64,000 nucleotides of DNA from Candidatus Saccharimonadota bacterium (lineage in GTDB: Bacteria; Patescibacteriota; Saccharimonadia; Saccharimonadales; 2-12-FULL-41-12), in NCBI GenBank assembly GCA_016219345.1, contig JACRNE010000001.1:461-64460 (forward strand), in the 5' to 3' direction. Positions 18,170-26,463 of the stretch are shown here, one piece after another. The position numbers and the translations under genes are program-made. Position 1 is the first letter of the stretch. The number at the start of each line of letters is the position of its first letter. Under the pieces are notes generated by a model, which was not told where the DNA came from, made no database searches, and saw nothing but the letters and a program-made list of their open reading frames with translations.

Positions 18170-19137
18170 TTTTCGGTTGTTACTCTTAGTATTTCCTCAA
18201 CGCTGGTTTGGCCGCGCAAAGCTTTTATAAAGCCATCAATCTGCATTGTTACCATGCCATCCTTTATGGCTTGGTTCTGAATTTCTTCGCTGGTACCGTT
18301 GGCAACAATAAGTTTTTGTACTTCGGTAGAATTTGGCAAAACTTCATATATACCCAACCGACCTTTGTAGCCAGTATGGCCGCAGGATTCACAACCATCT
18401 TTTTTGGCGCGCCATATCTTTAGAATTTTTGTAGGGCTTGTAGATAGTTCACCCGTAGAGGCCTTAGCTGTTTTAGTAGCTACAGCTTTGCCGATGCCTC
18501 CATCTAGAGCGTCTTTTTCTCTTTCATGTATAAACTTCATCTGTTCCGGATTGTCGGTGTGAAATATTGCATCAATCTCTTTGATACTGGCATCATCTGG
18601 GGTGAATGTTTCACGGCAATCTACACACAGCCGCCTGACAAGTCTTTGACCGACCACCGCTCTTACTGTGCTGGCTATTAAGAATGGCTCGATACCCATA
18701 TCTAAAAGCCTAGGCAGGCAAGTGGCTGCGTTATTAGTGTGAAGGGTGGCGAACACCAAATGGCCCGTTAGGGCAGCCTGAACGCCTAAACCAGCCGTTT
18801 CTGTATCGCGGATTTCACCAACCATTATTATGTTTGGATCTTGACGCAGGAGGGCTCGAAGGCCTGCAGCAAACGTCATGCCAGCCTTTGGATTTACCTG
18901 CGTTTGATTAGCCCCAGGGATTTTATATTCTACTGGATCTTCGATGGTGGAAATATTAACAGTCGGCTTGTTTAAAAGAGTTAAAATGCTGAAAAGGCTA
19001 GTTGATTTACCGGAGCCAGTTGGTCCTGTGACTAGAATCATGCCATGTGGCTGAGTGATAGCACTGTTTATAATTTTTAGAGAGTTTCCCCAGTAACCTA
19101 ATTCCTCTAGAGTTGCAGGCTTACTTGATTCACTCAA
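18166..19137 (-). CDS. pilB: PilB/GspE ATPase, C-terminal fragment (Walker A/B, Zn tetracysteine)
   Basis: GMILVTGPTGSGKS, IIMVGEIRD, CVDC..CESCGHTGYKGR. Starts at a TTG that overlaps the upstream ORF's stop, in the -1 frame. Confidence 0.8.
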   Translation of the reverse strand: MSESSKPATLEELGYWGNSLKIINSAITQPHGMILVTGPTGSGKSTSLFSILTLLNKPTVNISTIEDPVEYKIPGANQTQVNPKAGMTFAAGLRALLRQDPNIIMVGEIRDTETAGLGVQAALTGHLVFATLHTNNAATCLPRLLDMGIEPFLIASTVRAVVGQRLVRRLCVDCRETFTPDDASIKEIDAIFHTDNPEQMKFIHEREKDALDGGIGKAVATKTAKASTGELSTSPTKILKIWRAKKDGCESCGHTGYKGRLGIYEVLPNSTEVQKLIVANGTSEEIQNQAIKDGMVTMQIDGFIKALRGQTSVEEILRVTTEK

Positions 19138-19916
19138 AAGCTGCCAACCTGTATTTTGAATCTACCGTCTTGAGGCGCGCGGCGCTCGTCGATCTTTAAG
19201 TTGCTCAAAATTTTAATACGGCTGACGAGTGGGCCGAGAATTTTCTTTGGCAATTTGTTCGCCTCTTTCAAAACTCCATCAACTCGGTAACGAACCAAGA
19301 CATGGCCTTCTCTTGGCTCTATATGAATATCACTAGCGCTGGACTTAACCGCATATTCAATTATCAAATTAACAGTCTGAGCGATGGGCGAATCTTCTGC
19401 CAAATCTTCTTCGGTTACATCCTCGGCCTCCTCCGCCTCTTCCTCTTCTGTGGTCAGAACTTTTGTTAGCTCAGTGCCTACGTTACCTCTGTATTGATCT
19501 AACACAGCCTCTATATTTGTGGTTGTGGCAATATGGACTTTAATATCTGTGCCGAGCTGCTTTTGCAAAAAGCTTAGCGCTTGAATATCATCAGGATCCT
19601 CCATAGCCAGAAGCTTATGTCCATCGTCCTCAACGCCAAACAAAACTACTTTATATTTGCTGGCAATCCGCTCGGGAATTAAACGTAGGATTTCACGTTT
19701 TACTTCCTTGGCATTAAGCTCGACAAACGGTACGTCAATTTCCTTAGCGTAAAGCTTTGTTAAGTCTTTTTCGTTGACTAGGTTGTTATTGATAACAATC
19801 TGCTGGAGTGGTAGTTTCTCACTTTTAACTTGCTCACGTAACGGCTCGAACTGTGGCGCAGTAGCCTTGCCCGCGTCAATTAAAAGTTTCTCCACCAACG
19901 AGTCTGAAATTCTCAT
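19134..19916 (-). CDS. pilB: PilB/GspE ATPase, N-terminal fragment (T2SSE_N plus start of the N2 domain)
   Basis: Ends ..IDERRAPQDGRFKIQVGSF*, then stops where the conserved DxRVS..P...GE..V.R.LD block should follow. Confidence 0.8.
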   Translation of the reverse strand: MRISDSLVEKLLIDAGKATAPQFEPLREQVKSEKLPLQQIVINNNLVNEKDLTKLYAKEIDVPFVELNAKEVKREILRLIPERIASKYKVVLFGVEDDGHKLLAMEDPDDIQALSFLQKQLGTDIKVHIATTTNIEAVLDQYRGNVGTELTKVLTTEEEEAEEAEDVTEEDLAEDSPIAQTVNLIIEYAVKSSASDIHIEPREGHVLVRYRVDGVLKEANKLPKKILGPLVSRIKILSNLKIDERRAPQDGRFKIQVGSF

Positions 19917-20024
19917 AGTTATGTAACATTATAAAGCTTAAGGCTAAAACCTGAAAGCTATATCTCCAGAGACTCGTGTATACTGAATAATTGAAAACAT
20001 TGGGGAAAATTAGCAGGAGGAAAA

Positions 20025-21038
20025 GTGGCAAAATCTGATCAACAAACTAGTGAAAAAGCTGGAAAAACTAAGGCTCTAGGCCTTGCGCTAGAGACTATAG
20101 AAAAGCAGTTTGGTAAAGGCTCAATCATGAAGCTGGGAGAGGCCCATAAGACTAATGTAGAGACAATTTCTACAGGCAGTTTGAGCCTAGATCTGGCTTT
20201 AGGTGGTGGTATCCCAAAAGGCCGAATTATAGAAGTCTATGGACCTGAAAGCTCGGGTAAGACCACTCTAACCCTCCATGTAATTGCAGAGATACAGAAA
20301 AATGGTGGCACGGCGGCATTTATAGATGCTGAGCACGCTCTTGACCCTAGCTACGCCAAAAAAGTTGGCGTTGATACTGATAATCTACTGATCTCTCAGC
20401 CGGATAATGGTGAGCAAGCTTTAGAAATCGCTGAAACTTTAGTCCGCTCTAACGCTGTAGATCTAGTCGTAGTTGACTCGGTGGCTGCGCTAGTGCCACG
20501 TGCTGAAATAGAAGGTGATATGGGCGACAGCCACATGGGCTTGCAGGCACGGCTGATGAGTCAGGCTCTGCGTAAGTTAACAGGAATTATTAATCGCTCA
20601 AATACCACTGTTATTTTCATCAACCAAATTCGCATGAAGATTGGTGTAATGTTTGGTAATCCGGAAACCACGACTGGCGGTAATGCGTTGAAGTTTTACT
20701 CCAGCGTAAGAATGGATATTCGCCGAATCTCTCAGATCAAACAAGGCGACGACATCATTGGCAACCGCACAAAAGTAAAGGTAGTTAAGAACAAAATTGC
20801 GCCGCCATTTAGAATCGCTGAATTTGACATTATGTATAACCAGGGCATTAGCCGAAGTGGCGATGTGATTGACCTAGCAGTCGAAAAAGAATTGGTAGAA
20901 AAAAGTGGTGCCTGGTTCTCATATAAAGATGAAAAAATCGCCCAAGGCCGCGAAGCTGCCAAAAAATACTTAGAAGAAAATCCGAAAGTTATGGACGAAT
21001 TGACTAAGAAGATTCGTGAACTTTCAAACAAGGACTAA
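20025..21038 (+). CDS. recA: recombinase RecA
   Basis: [39 protein letters not shown] start. Confidence 0.95.
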   Translation: MAKSDQQTSEKAGKTKALGLALETIEKQFGKGSIMKLGEAHKTNVETISTGSLSLDLALGGGIPKGRIIEVYGPESSGKTTLTLHVIAEIQKNGGTAAFIDAEHALDPSYAKKVGVDTDNLLISQPDNGEQALEIAETLVRSNAVDLVVVDSVAALVPRAEIEGDMGDSHMGLQARLMSQALRKLTGIINRSNTTVIFINQIRMKIGVMFGNPETTTGGNALKFYSSVRMDIRRISQIKQGDDIIGNRTKVKVVKNKIAPPFRIAEFDIMYNQGISRSGDVIDLAVEKELVEKSGAWFSYKDEKIAQGREAAKKYLEENPKVMDELTKKIRELSNKD

Positions 21039-21040
21039 TC

Positions 21041-21544
21041 TTGCATCATCCGTTGTTACAGATTGTTGATGAGAACGACAATCCTATAGGGGCTGCCACT
21101 AAAGAAGAAGCCATATCTGGTAGTAATTTTCATAGAATATCTAGAATTATGCTTGAAAATCCAGATGGCAAAATATTGCTTCAAAAACGTACGATGAATG
21201 TTGTTTTCCCTGGGCTGTGGGATCATTCAGCAGCAGGCCATGTGGACGAAGGGGAAGATTATTTGACTGCCGCAAAGAGGGAAATGTTTGAAGAAATTGG
21301 TGTGAAAACTGATTTAGAGGAAGTAGCTTATTACAAACACGAAGAAAAAGTAGATGGATACGTCCTTAGAAGATTTAACAAGCTGTATAAAGGAACAATA
21401 GATTTCACGCCAAATAATCTAAACAAAGACGAAGTTAGCGAAGTTAAATGGTTTAGCCTGGAAGAGATTAAGGATATGATAAAAAACCGACCAAATGAAA
21501 TGACTAAAGGCTTAAAATACGTAATAGGAAGACATTATTTGTGA
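21041..21544 (+). CDS. NUDIX hydrolase (Idi-like subgroup)
   Basis: Nudix box GHVDEGEDYLTAAKREMFEEIGV. TTG start. Confidence 0.8.
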   Translation: MHHPLLQIVDENDNPIGAATKEEAISGSNFHRISRIMLENPDGKILLQKRTMNVVFPGLWDHSAAGHVDEGEDYLTAAKREMFEEIGVKTDLEEVAYYKHEEKVDGYVLRRFNKLYKGTIDFTPNNLNKDEVSEVKWFSLEEIKDMIKNRPNEMTKGLKYVIGRHYL

Positions 21545-22143
21545 AAATTACAGATATAAAACAGCAGGTTAAGCGTAAAGATCGATATTCAATATTTATC
21601 GATGGGAAATATTCTTTCGCCCTGTCTGAGGGTAAGCTGCTTGAACTGGGGTTAGCGATTGGACAAGAGTTTGATAAAACCCAGCTAGAAACTGCCAAGG
21701 ATGAAGCCCATCTAGACAAAGCGGTTTATAGTGTCATGGATTTAATTTCTAGAAGACCCAGAAGTGGGTGGGAAATCAAAGACTACTTGAAACGGAAGGG
21801 CTACGAGGCTAGCGAAATTGAGCAGGTTGTAAAATTACTGAGTGAAAAAGGCTACGTAAATGATCTTGATTTTGCCAGACGTTGGGTGGAAAGTCGCCGT
21901 CTGCTAAAATCCACCAGCAAGCGAAAACTAAGACTAGAGCTAATGCAAAAACGTGTTTCCGAAGAGGCAATTACCAAAGTTCTAGAGGATGATGAGACGG
22001 ATGAAGCGGAAGTCCTGGAAGAGCTAATTGCCAAAAAACGCTCACAAACCCGCTACCAAGACCGCGAAAAATTAATAGCCTATTTACTGCGCCAAGGCTT
22101 TAACTACAGCGATATAAAAAGTGTGATTGGTTTTACTGATTAG
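21541..22143 (+). CDS. recX: RecA regulator RecX
   Basis: 200 aa of three-helix repeats (GYVNDLDFARRWVESR). Sits in the recA neighbourhood. GTG start. Confidence 0.8.
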   Translation: MKITDIKQQVKRKDRYSIFIDGKYSFALSEGKLLELGLAIGQEFDKTQLETAKDEAHLDKAVYSVMDLISRRPRSGWEIKDYLKRKGYEASEIEQVVKLLSEKGYVNDLDFARRWVESRRLLKSTSKRKLRLELMQKRVSEEAITKVLEDDETDEAEVLEELIAKKRSQTRYQDREKLIAYLLRQGFNYSDIKSVIGFTD

Positions 22144-22660
22144 CAGTAGCCGGAGCACCTGCACCGGAAGGTACTGTCTCAGTTGGGTCTTCAATAATTA
22201 TGGTTCGGTTGGTGATTTCAACTATTTGCGTCCGGTCAATGCTCAAGCTGCCGGTCGAAAAACTTTTTACTATTGATTGAGACACATATATCTTCTTGAC
22301 CAAAAAACTATCTGTCTCAACAGCAAATTCAGAGACTTTACCGTATTGCTTGCCGCTCTGAGCAGCCACATATTTTCCGTTTAGCTCAAACCCGATTTCT
22401 AGAACTGGCTTTAGTCGAATAAGTTCATTTTCTTCGCTCAAAACTTCGTGATCATTTACTGCTAATCCCTGGGGCACTAGGTCGCGTACATCGCCAGAGA
22501 GTAGGACTAGGCGTTTTTTGGTGAATTGATCTTGGACGTACCAGCCCTCAACTTTTAAATTGTTTGGATTAATTATCATGCTCACGGCAGTACCAACAGG
22601 CGATCCGGTCCGCAGTGACATTACAGAAATATTTACTAGGTCTTTCCCAAGCTTAAGCAT
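22133..22660 (-). CDS. PRC-barrel domain protein
   Basis: Two PRC-barrel-like halves (VMSLRTGSPVGTA.., GKVSEFAVETDSFLVKKIYV). Confidence 0.55.
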   Translation of the reverse strand: MLKLGKDLVNISVMSLRTGSPVGTAVSMIINPNNLKVEGWYVQDQFTKKRLVLLSGDVRDLVPQGLAVNDHEVLSEENELIRLKPVLEIGFELNGKYVAAQSGKQYGKVSEFAVETDSFLVKKIYVSQSIVKSFSTGSLSIDRTQIVEITNRTIIIEDPTETVPSGAGAPATANQ

Positions 22661-22716
22661 AACTGGATCTATTATACCTGCATATTATAGACAAATCATG
22701 ATCTATAATAGTTGGG

Positions 22717-23163
22717 ATGAACAGGCAGATTGAGGTCACATGTGTGAGCGCTGATGAGACAAAAAAAGTTGGCCAGAAAATCGGCGAATTAGTAAATGCA
22801 GGGCAAGTTATTGAGCTAGTTGGCGATGTTGGTTCAGGCAAAACAACTTTTACGAAAGGGGTGGCCAAAGGCTTAGAGATCACTGAAGAAATCACAAGCC
22901 CGACATTTAACATAAAAAATGAATACGTTGGTCGGCTAAGGCTAAATCATCTGGATCTCTACAGGCTTGATCAGCCAGGATTGGTTGAAAATGAAATTAA
23001 TGAACTCCAAGATGAAAAAGACTCAGTTACCGTGATCGAATGGGCTGGAAGTGTGCAGGACGTCCTCTCGAGCGACAGGATAATTATAGAGTTCAAAACA
23101 ACAGGCGAAAATACTCGAAAACTAAAAATAAGCTTGCCCGATAATCTGGAGCTCAAGAAATGA
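22717..23163 (+). CDS. tsaE: tRNA t6A biosynthesis ATPase TsaE
   Basis: LVGDVGSGKTTFTKGVAKGL, SPTFNI, HLDLYRL. Confidence 0.85.
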   Translation: MNRQIEVTCVSADETKKVGQKIGELVNAGQVIELVGDVGSGKTTFTKGVAKGLEITEEITSPTFNIKNEYVGRLRLNHLDLYRLDQPGLVENEINELQDEKDSVTVIEWAGSVQDVLSSDRIIIEFKTTGENTRKLKISLPDNLELKK

Positions 23164-23552
23164 TGATACTAACAATACGGACTGACAAACCAGAAGCAGA
23201 AATTGGGCTTTTTGACGACAATAAGAAGTTAGATTATTTGATCTGGGAAGCACATAGAAATTTATCGACCGATATTCATAAAAAAATCAAAGAAATTTTA
23301 GAAAAGAATAATAAGTCTTACAAAGAACTAAGGGGCATAGCGCTATATTCAGGTCCTGGTAGCTTTACGGGTCTTAGAATAGGTGCAGCTGTAGCTAATA
23401 CCATGACTGACGCATTGAATATATCTATAGTCGGGGGAGGCGGACTTGACTGGATTGAAACTTCAATCGATAAAATCCAATCTGGCAGCTCAGACAAAAT
23501 AGTAGTTCCAAACTACGGGGCATCCGCAAATACCACAAAACCAAAAAAGTAG
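23160..23552 (+). CDS. tsaB: tRNA t6A biosynthesis protein TsaB, very short form
   Basis: YSGPGSFTGLRIGAAVAN motif. Only 130 aa against about 220-230 usual. The C-terminal VVPNYGASA resembles the canonical P.Y(L)R end. Confidence 0.7.
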   Translation: MMILTIRTDKPEAEIGLFDDNKKLDYLIWEAHRNLSTDIHKKIKEILEKNNKSYKELRGIALYSGPGSFTGLRIGAAVANTMTDALNISIVGGGGLDWIETSIDKIQSGSSDKIVVPNYGASANTTKPKK

Positions 23553-23760
23553 TTGTGATCTAAGTCCAACCGGCGCTATAATCAAATATGAAGATTGGGA
23601 GACAGTCTTTAACAGTATTTAAGTAAAATTCTAAACTACATCGATATTTACAGTTCTAGGGAAATTCTCGTTTTATCCAAAAAGCTAATGAAGTGATAGT
23701 GATCGCTAAGTAAGATAAGTCGAAATCAGAGTTTCTCTATCTGGAAACGATAGAAAGGAC

Positions 23761-25281
23761 ATGGTTATGGAACCAATATCTATATTATTGGCCCTTGCTG
23801 GTATTGGAGCGGGCTTTGGAGGCAGCACTTACCTGACAAAGAAGAAGTTAGGCACAGCAGAAGAAAAGGCTAACAAAGAATTAAAAAAGGCAAAAGCCGA
23901 GGCCGAGAAACTAGTCGAGGCAGCTAAAAAAGAAGCGAATGAACTAGAGGACGCGACGCGCAAAGAGGATCAAGCAAGACGCAAAGAATTTAAAGACATC
24001 GAGAAAAGACTACTTGATCGCGAGGAAGCTCTTGATAAAAAACTAGACAATCTAGATAAAAGAACGGAAGCACTACGCAAAGGTGAAGACGAAGTTGAAG
24101 CTCTTAAAAACGAAATTCGTGACATTAGGAAGAAACAACAAGATAAATTAGAAAAAATCGCTAAGTTAACAAAAGCTGATGCCGCTGAAAAGCTGATGGC
24201 CATGACTGAGCGTGACATAAAGGACGATCTAAAAGGCTTAATTACAAAACTTCAAAATGACGCGAGGGAAAATGCTGAAGAAAAGGCCGGCGTAATTCTT
24301 GTTCAGACAATGGAGCGTATGGCCAGCGAAGTAACCGCTGAGCGAACGGTCACAAGCGTGAAGCTTGAAGATGAAGAGATGAAGGGACGTATTATCGGCA
24401 AGGAAGGTCGTAATATCCAGGCGCTTCAACGTGCTACAGGCGTCGATATTATGGTGGATGATACCCCAGGGTTTATTATCCTGAGCTCTTTTGACCCAGT
24501 AAGACGTGAGATTGCACGCGTGGCTCTAGAGATGCTTCTAAAGGACGGTCGTGTTCATCCAGGACGCATTGAAGAAGTCGTGGAGAAAGCTCAAAAGCAA
24601 GTTCATAAAGATGTGGTGCGAGCTGGTGAAGATGCTGCTCGCGAAGTTGGCATCATCGGTATTCCAAAAGAAATTTTGCAGTACCTAGGTGAGTTAAAAT
24701 ATCGAACAAGCTATGGTCAAAACGTTCTAAAGCACAGCACAGAGATGGCGCATATGGCTGGAGTATTGGCTGAGCAAATTGGTGCTGATGTAAAAACTTC
24801 TAAATACGCTGCTTTGATCCATGATATGGGTAAAGCACTAACCCATAAAATAGAGGGTAAGCACCATCACATAACAGGTGAGATTGCTCGTAAATATGGG
24901 GTTGATGAAAAGATTGCTCATGCTGCTGAGGCACACCATGATGACATGGAAGCCACAACTCCAGAAGCTTTAGTCGTTAGAGTAGTAGATGCTATCAGCG
25001 CCGCCCGACCTGGTGCTAGGAACATAAGCCAAGAAAACTTTGTTGAGCGAATGAAAGAGCTAGAAAACGTAGCCACCGGATTTAAGGGTGTGGACAAAGC
25101 CTACGCAATTAGCGCTGGCCGCGAAGTTCGCGTATTTGTAAAACCTACTGATCTTGATGATCTAGGATCCATCAAGTTAGCTCGTGATGTAGCGAATAAG
25201 ATTGAATCCACTATGCAGTATCCAGGCACGATCAAAGTGAATGTCATTCGAGAAACTCGCGCCATCGAATTCGCCAAGTAG
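23761..25281 (+). CDS. rny: ribonuclease Y
   Basis: N-terminal TM, long coiled coil, KH domain (IIGKEGRNIQALQRATGVD), HD domain (LIHDMGKA). Confidence 0.95.
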   Translation: MVMEPISILLALAGIGAGFGGSTYLTKKKLGTAEEKANKELKKAKAEAEKLVEAAKKEANELEDATRKEDQARRKEFKDIEKRLLDREEALDKKLDNLDKRTEALRKGEDEVEALKNEIRDIRKKQQDKLEKIAKLTKADAAEKLMAMTERDIKDDLKGLITKLQNDARENAEEKAGVILVQTMERMASEVTAERTVTSVKLEDEEMKGRIIGKEGRNIQALQRATGVDIMVDDTPGFIILSSFDPVRREIARVALEMLLKDGRVHPGRIEEVVEKAQKQVHKDVVRAGEDAAREVGIIGIPKEILQYLGELKYRTSYGQNVLKHSTEMAHMAGVLAEQIGADVKTSKYAALIHDMGKALTHKIEGKHHHITGEIARKYGVDEKIAHAAEAHHDDMEATTPEALVVRVVDAISAARPGARNISQENFVERMKELENVATGFKGVDKAYAISAGREVRVFVKPTDLDDLGSIKLARDVANKIESTMQYPGTIKVNVIRETRAIEFAK

Positions 25282-25293
25282 TAGAATAAAAAC

Positions 25294-25860
25294 ATGAAGT
25301 TTTTGATTTTGCATGGTACTAGGTCTAGCGGTAAGGGGAATTGGTTTCCTTGGCTGAAAGCAGAGCTGGAGGCTTTAGGGCATGAAGTGTGGGCACCGGA
25401 TTTGCCAGGGGCAGACAGGCCCAACCCAGCAAGATACAATGAGTTTTTATTAGGCCAAAAGTGGGACTTTAATGACTGTGTGATTATTGGTCACTCGTCT
25501 GGGTCAGTTGCTATTTTAAGCCTTTTAGAGGCTTTACCCGAAGATGTGAAAATTAATACCGCTGTTTTGGTGGGCGCCTTTAATGAAGGTATGTTAAAAA
25601 GTCATAGATGGGAAGCACTGAAGGATTTATTTGAGAAAACTTTTGATTACGAGCTGATCAAGCAGAAATCTGGTAAGTTCGTTTTTGTCCACTCAAAGGA
25701 TGACCCTAACTGTCCAATTGAGCAAGCAGAAGAACTGTGTCAAAAGCTAGAAGGGGAAATGATTCGTTTTGATGGAATGGGGCATTTTATAATCAAACAT
25801 GATCCAAGGTTTGATAAATTCCCAGAACTACTTGAAATAATCAAAACCAAGATTATTTAG
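25294..25860 (+). CDS. RBBP9/YdeN-type serine hydrolase (alpha/beta fold)
   Basis: [19 protein letters not shown], nucleophile elbow IIGHSSGS, C-terminal GMGHF. Confidence 0.7.
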   Translation: MKFLILHGTRSSGKGNWFPWLKAELEALGHEVWAPDLPGADRPNPARYNEFLLGQKWDFNDCVIIGHSSGSVAILSLLEALPEDVKINTAVLVGAFNEGMLKSHRWEALKDLFEKTFDYELIKQKSGKFVFVHSKDDPNCPIEQAEELCQKLEGEMIRFDGMGHFIIKHDPRFDKFPELLEIIKTKII

Positions 25861-25978
25861 GAAAAAATGACCACCCCTGTTATAATCAATCTGTTTCGTG
25901 GCTGACGCACAAAGTTTGTACTGTTTTATCACTACGACACTTCGTTCGAGGCTACGAAAAGCCAAATCGTTGGCTTTT

Positions 25979-26054
25979 CGGGGTGTGGCGCAGTTGATAG
26001 CGCGCTCGGTTTGGGACCGAGAGGTCGCCGGTTTGAGTCCGGCCACCCCGACCA
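25979..26054 (+). tRNA. tRNA-Pro(TGG), CCA encoded
   Basis: CGGGGTGTGGCGCAG..CTCGGTTTGGGACCGAG..GGTTTGAGTCCGGCCACCCCGACCA. Confidence 0.95.
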
Positions 26055-26097
26055 GTATATTTTCTGAAGTACTTCTGTTATTGGTACAATAGTTATT

Positions 26098-26463
26098 ATG
26101 TTTCCAGTCCTGTTATTAAGTTGGTGGTATGGTCGTGGTTGGTTTTGGGTAGCTGATAGTGTAAATCAAAAACTAGTTGCGATCAACGAAGCGTTCTCGG
26201 TTGGAATATTACTTAAAACTCTTTTTGCGCCGTGGAAACAGATACAATCACCTACGTCTTTCCGCAATTTTCTTCAATCCAGCATAGATAATTTTATCTC
26301 TAGATTCATTGGTGCGACTGTGCGAATCGGGATGTTGATAGGGGCTCTATTTTCATTCACGGTCGTAATAGTAGGCGGGTTTGTAGCTATAATTCTCTGG
26401 CCAATAATTCCATTGCTGGTGGTAATCTTGCCAATAATTTCACTTCAGGCAGGTGGCTTATGA
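26098..26463 (+). CDS. hypothetical membrane protein
   Basis: 121 aa with hydrophobic N- and C-terminal segments. ATGA overlap with the downstream AAA+ gene. Confidence 0.5.
   Translation: MFPVLLLSWWYGRGWFWVADSVNQKLVAINEAFSVGILLKTLFAPWKQIQSPTSFRNFLQSSIDNFISRFIGATVRIGMLIGALFSFTVVIVGGFVAIILWPIIPLLVVILPIISLQAGGL

Noticed and set aside
19120-19150. Programmed frameshift joining the two pilB ORFs
   Set aside because: The junction (AGC UUU UGA G) contains a U4 run and requires a -1 shift. There is no X XXY YYZ heptamer and no obvious downstream structure. Even a fused product would still lack the conserved 22-aa block. Deletion or an assembly error is more likely.
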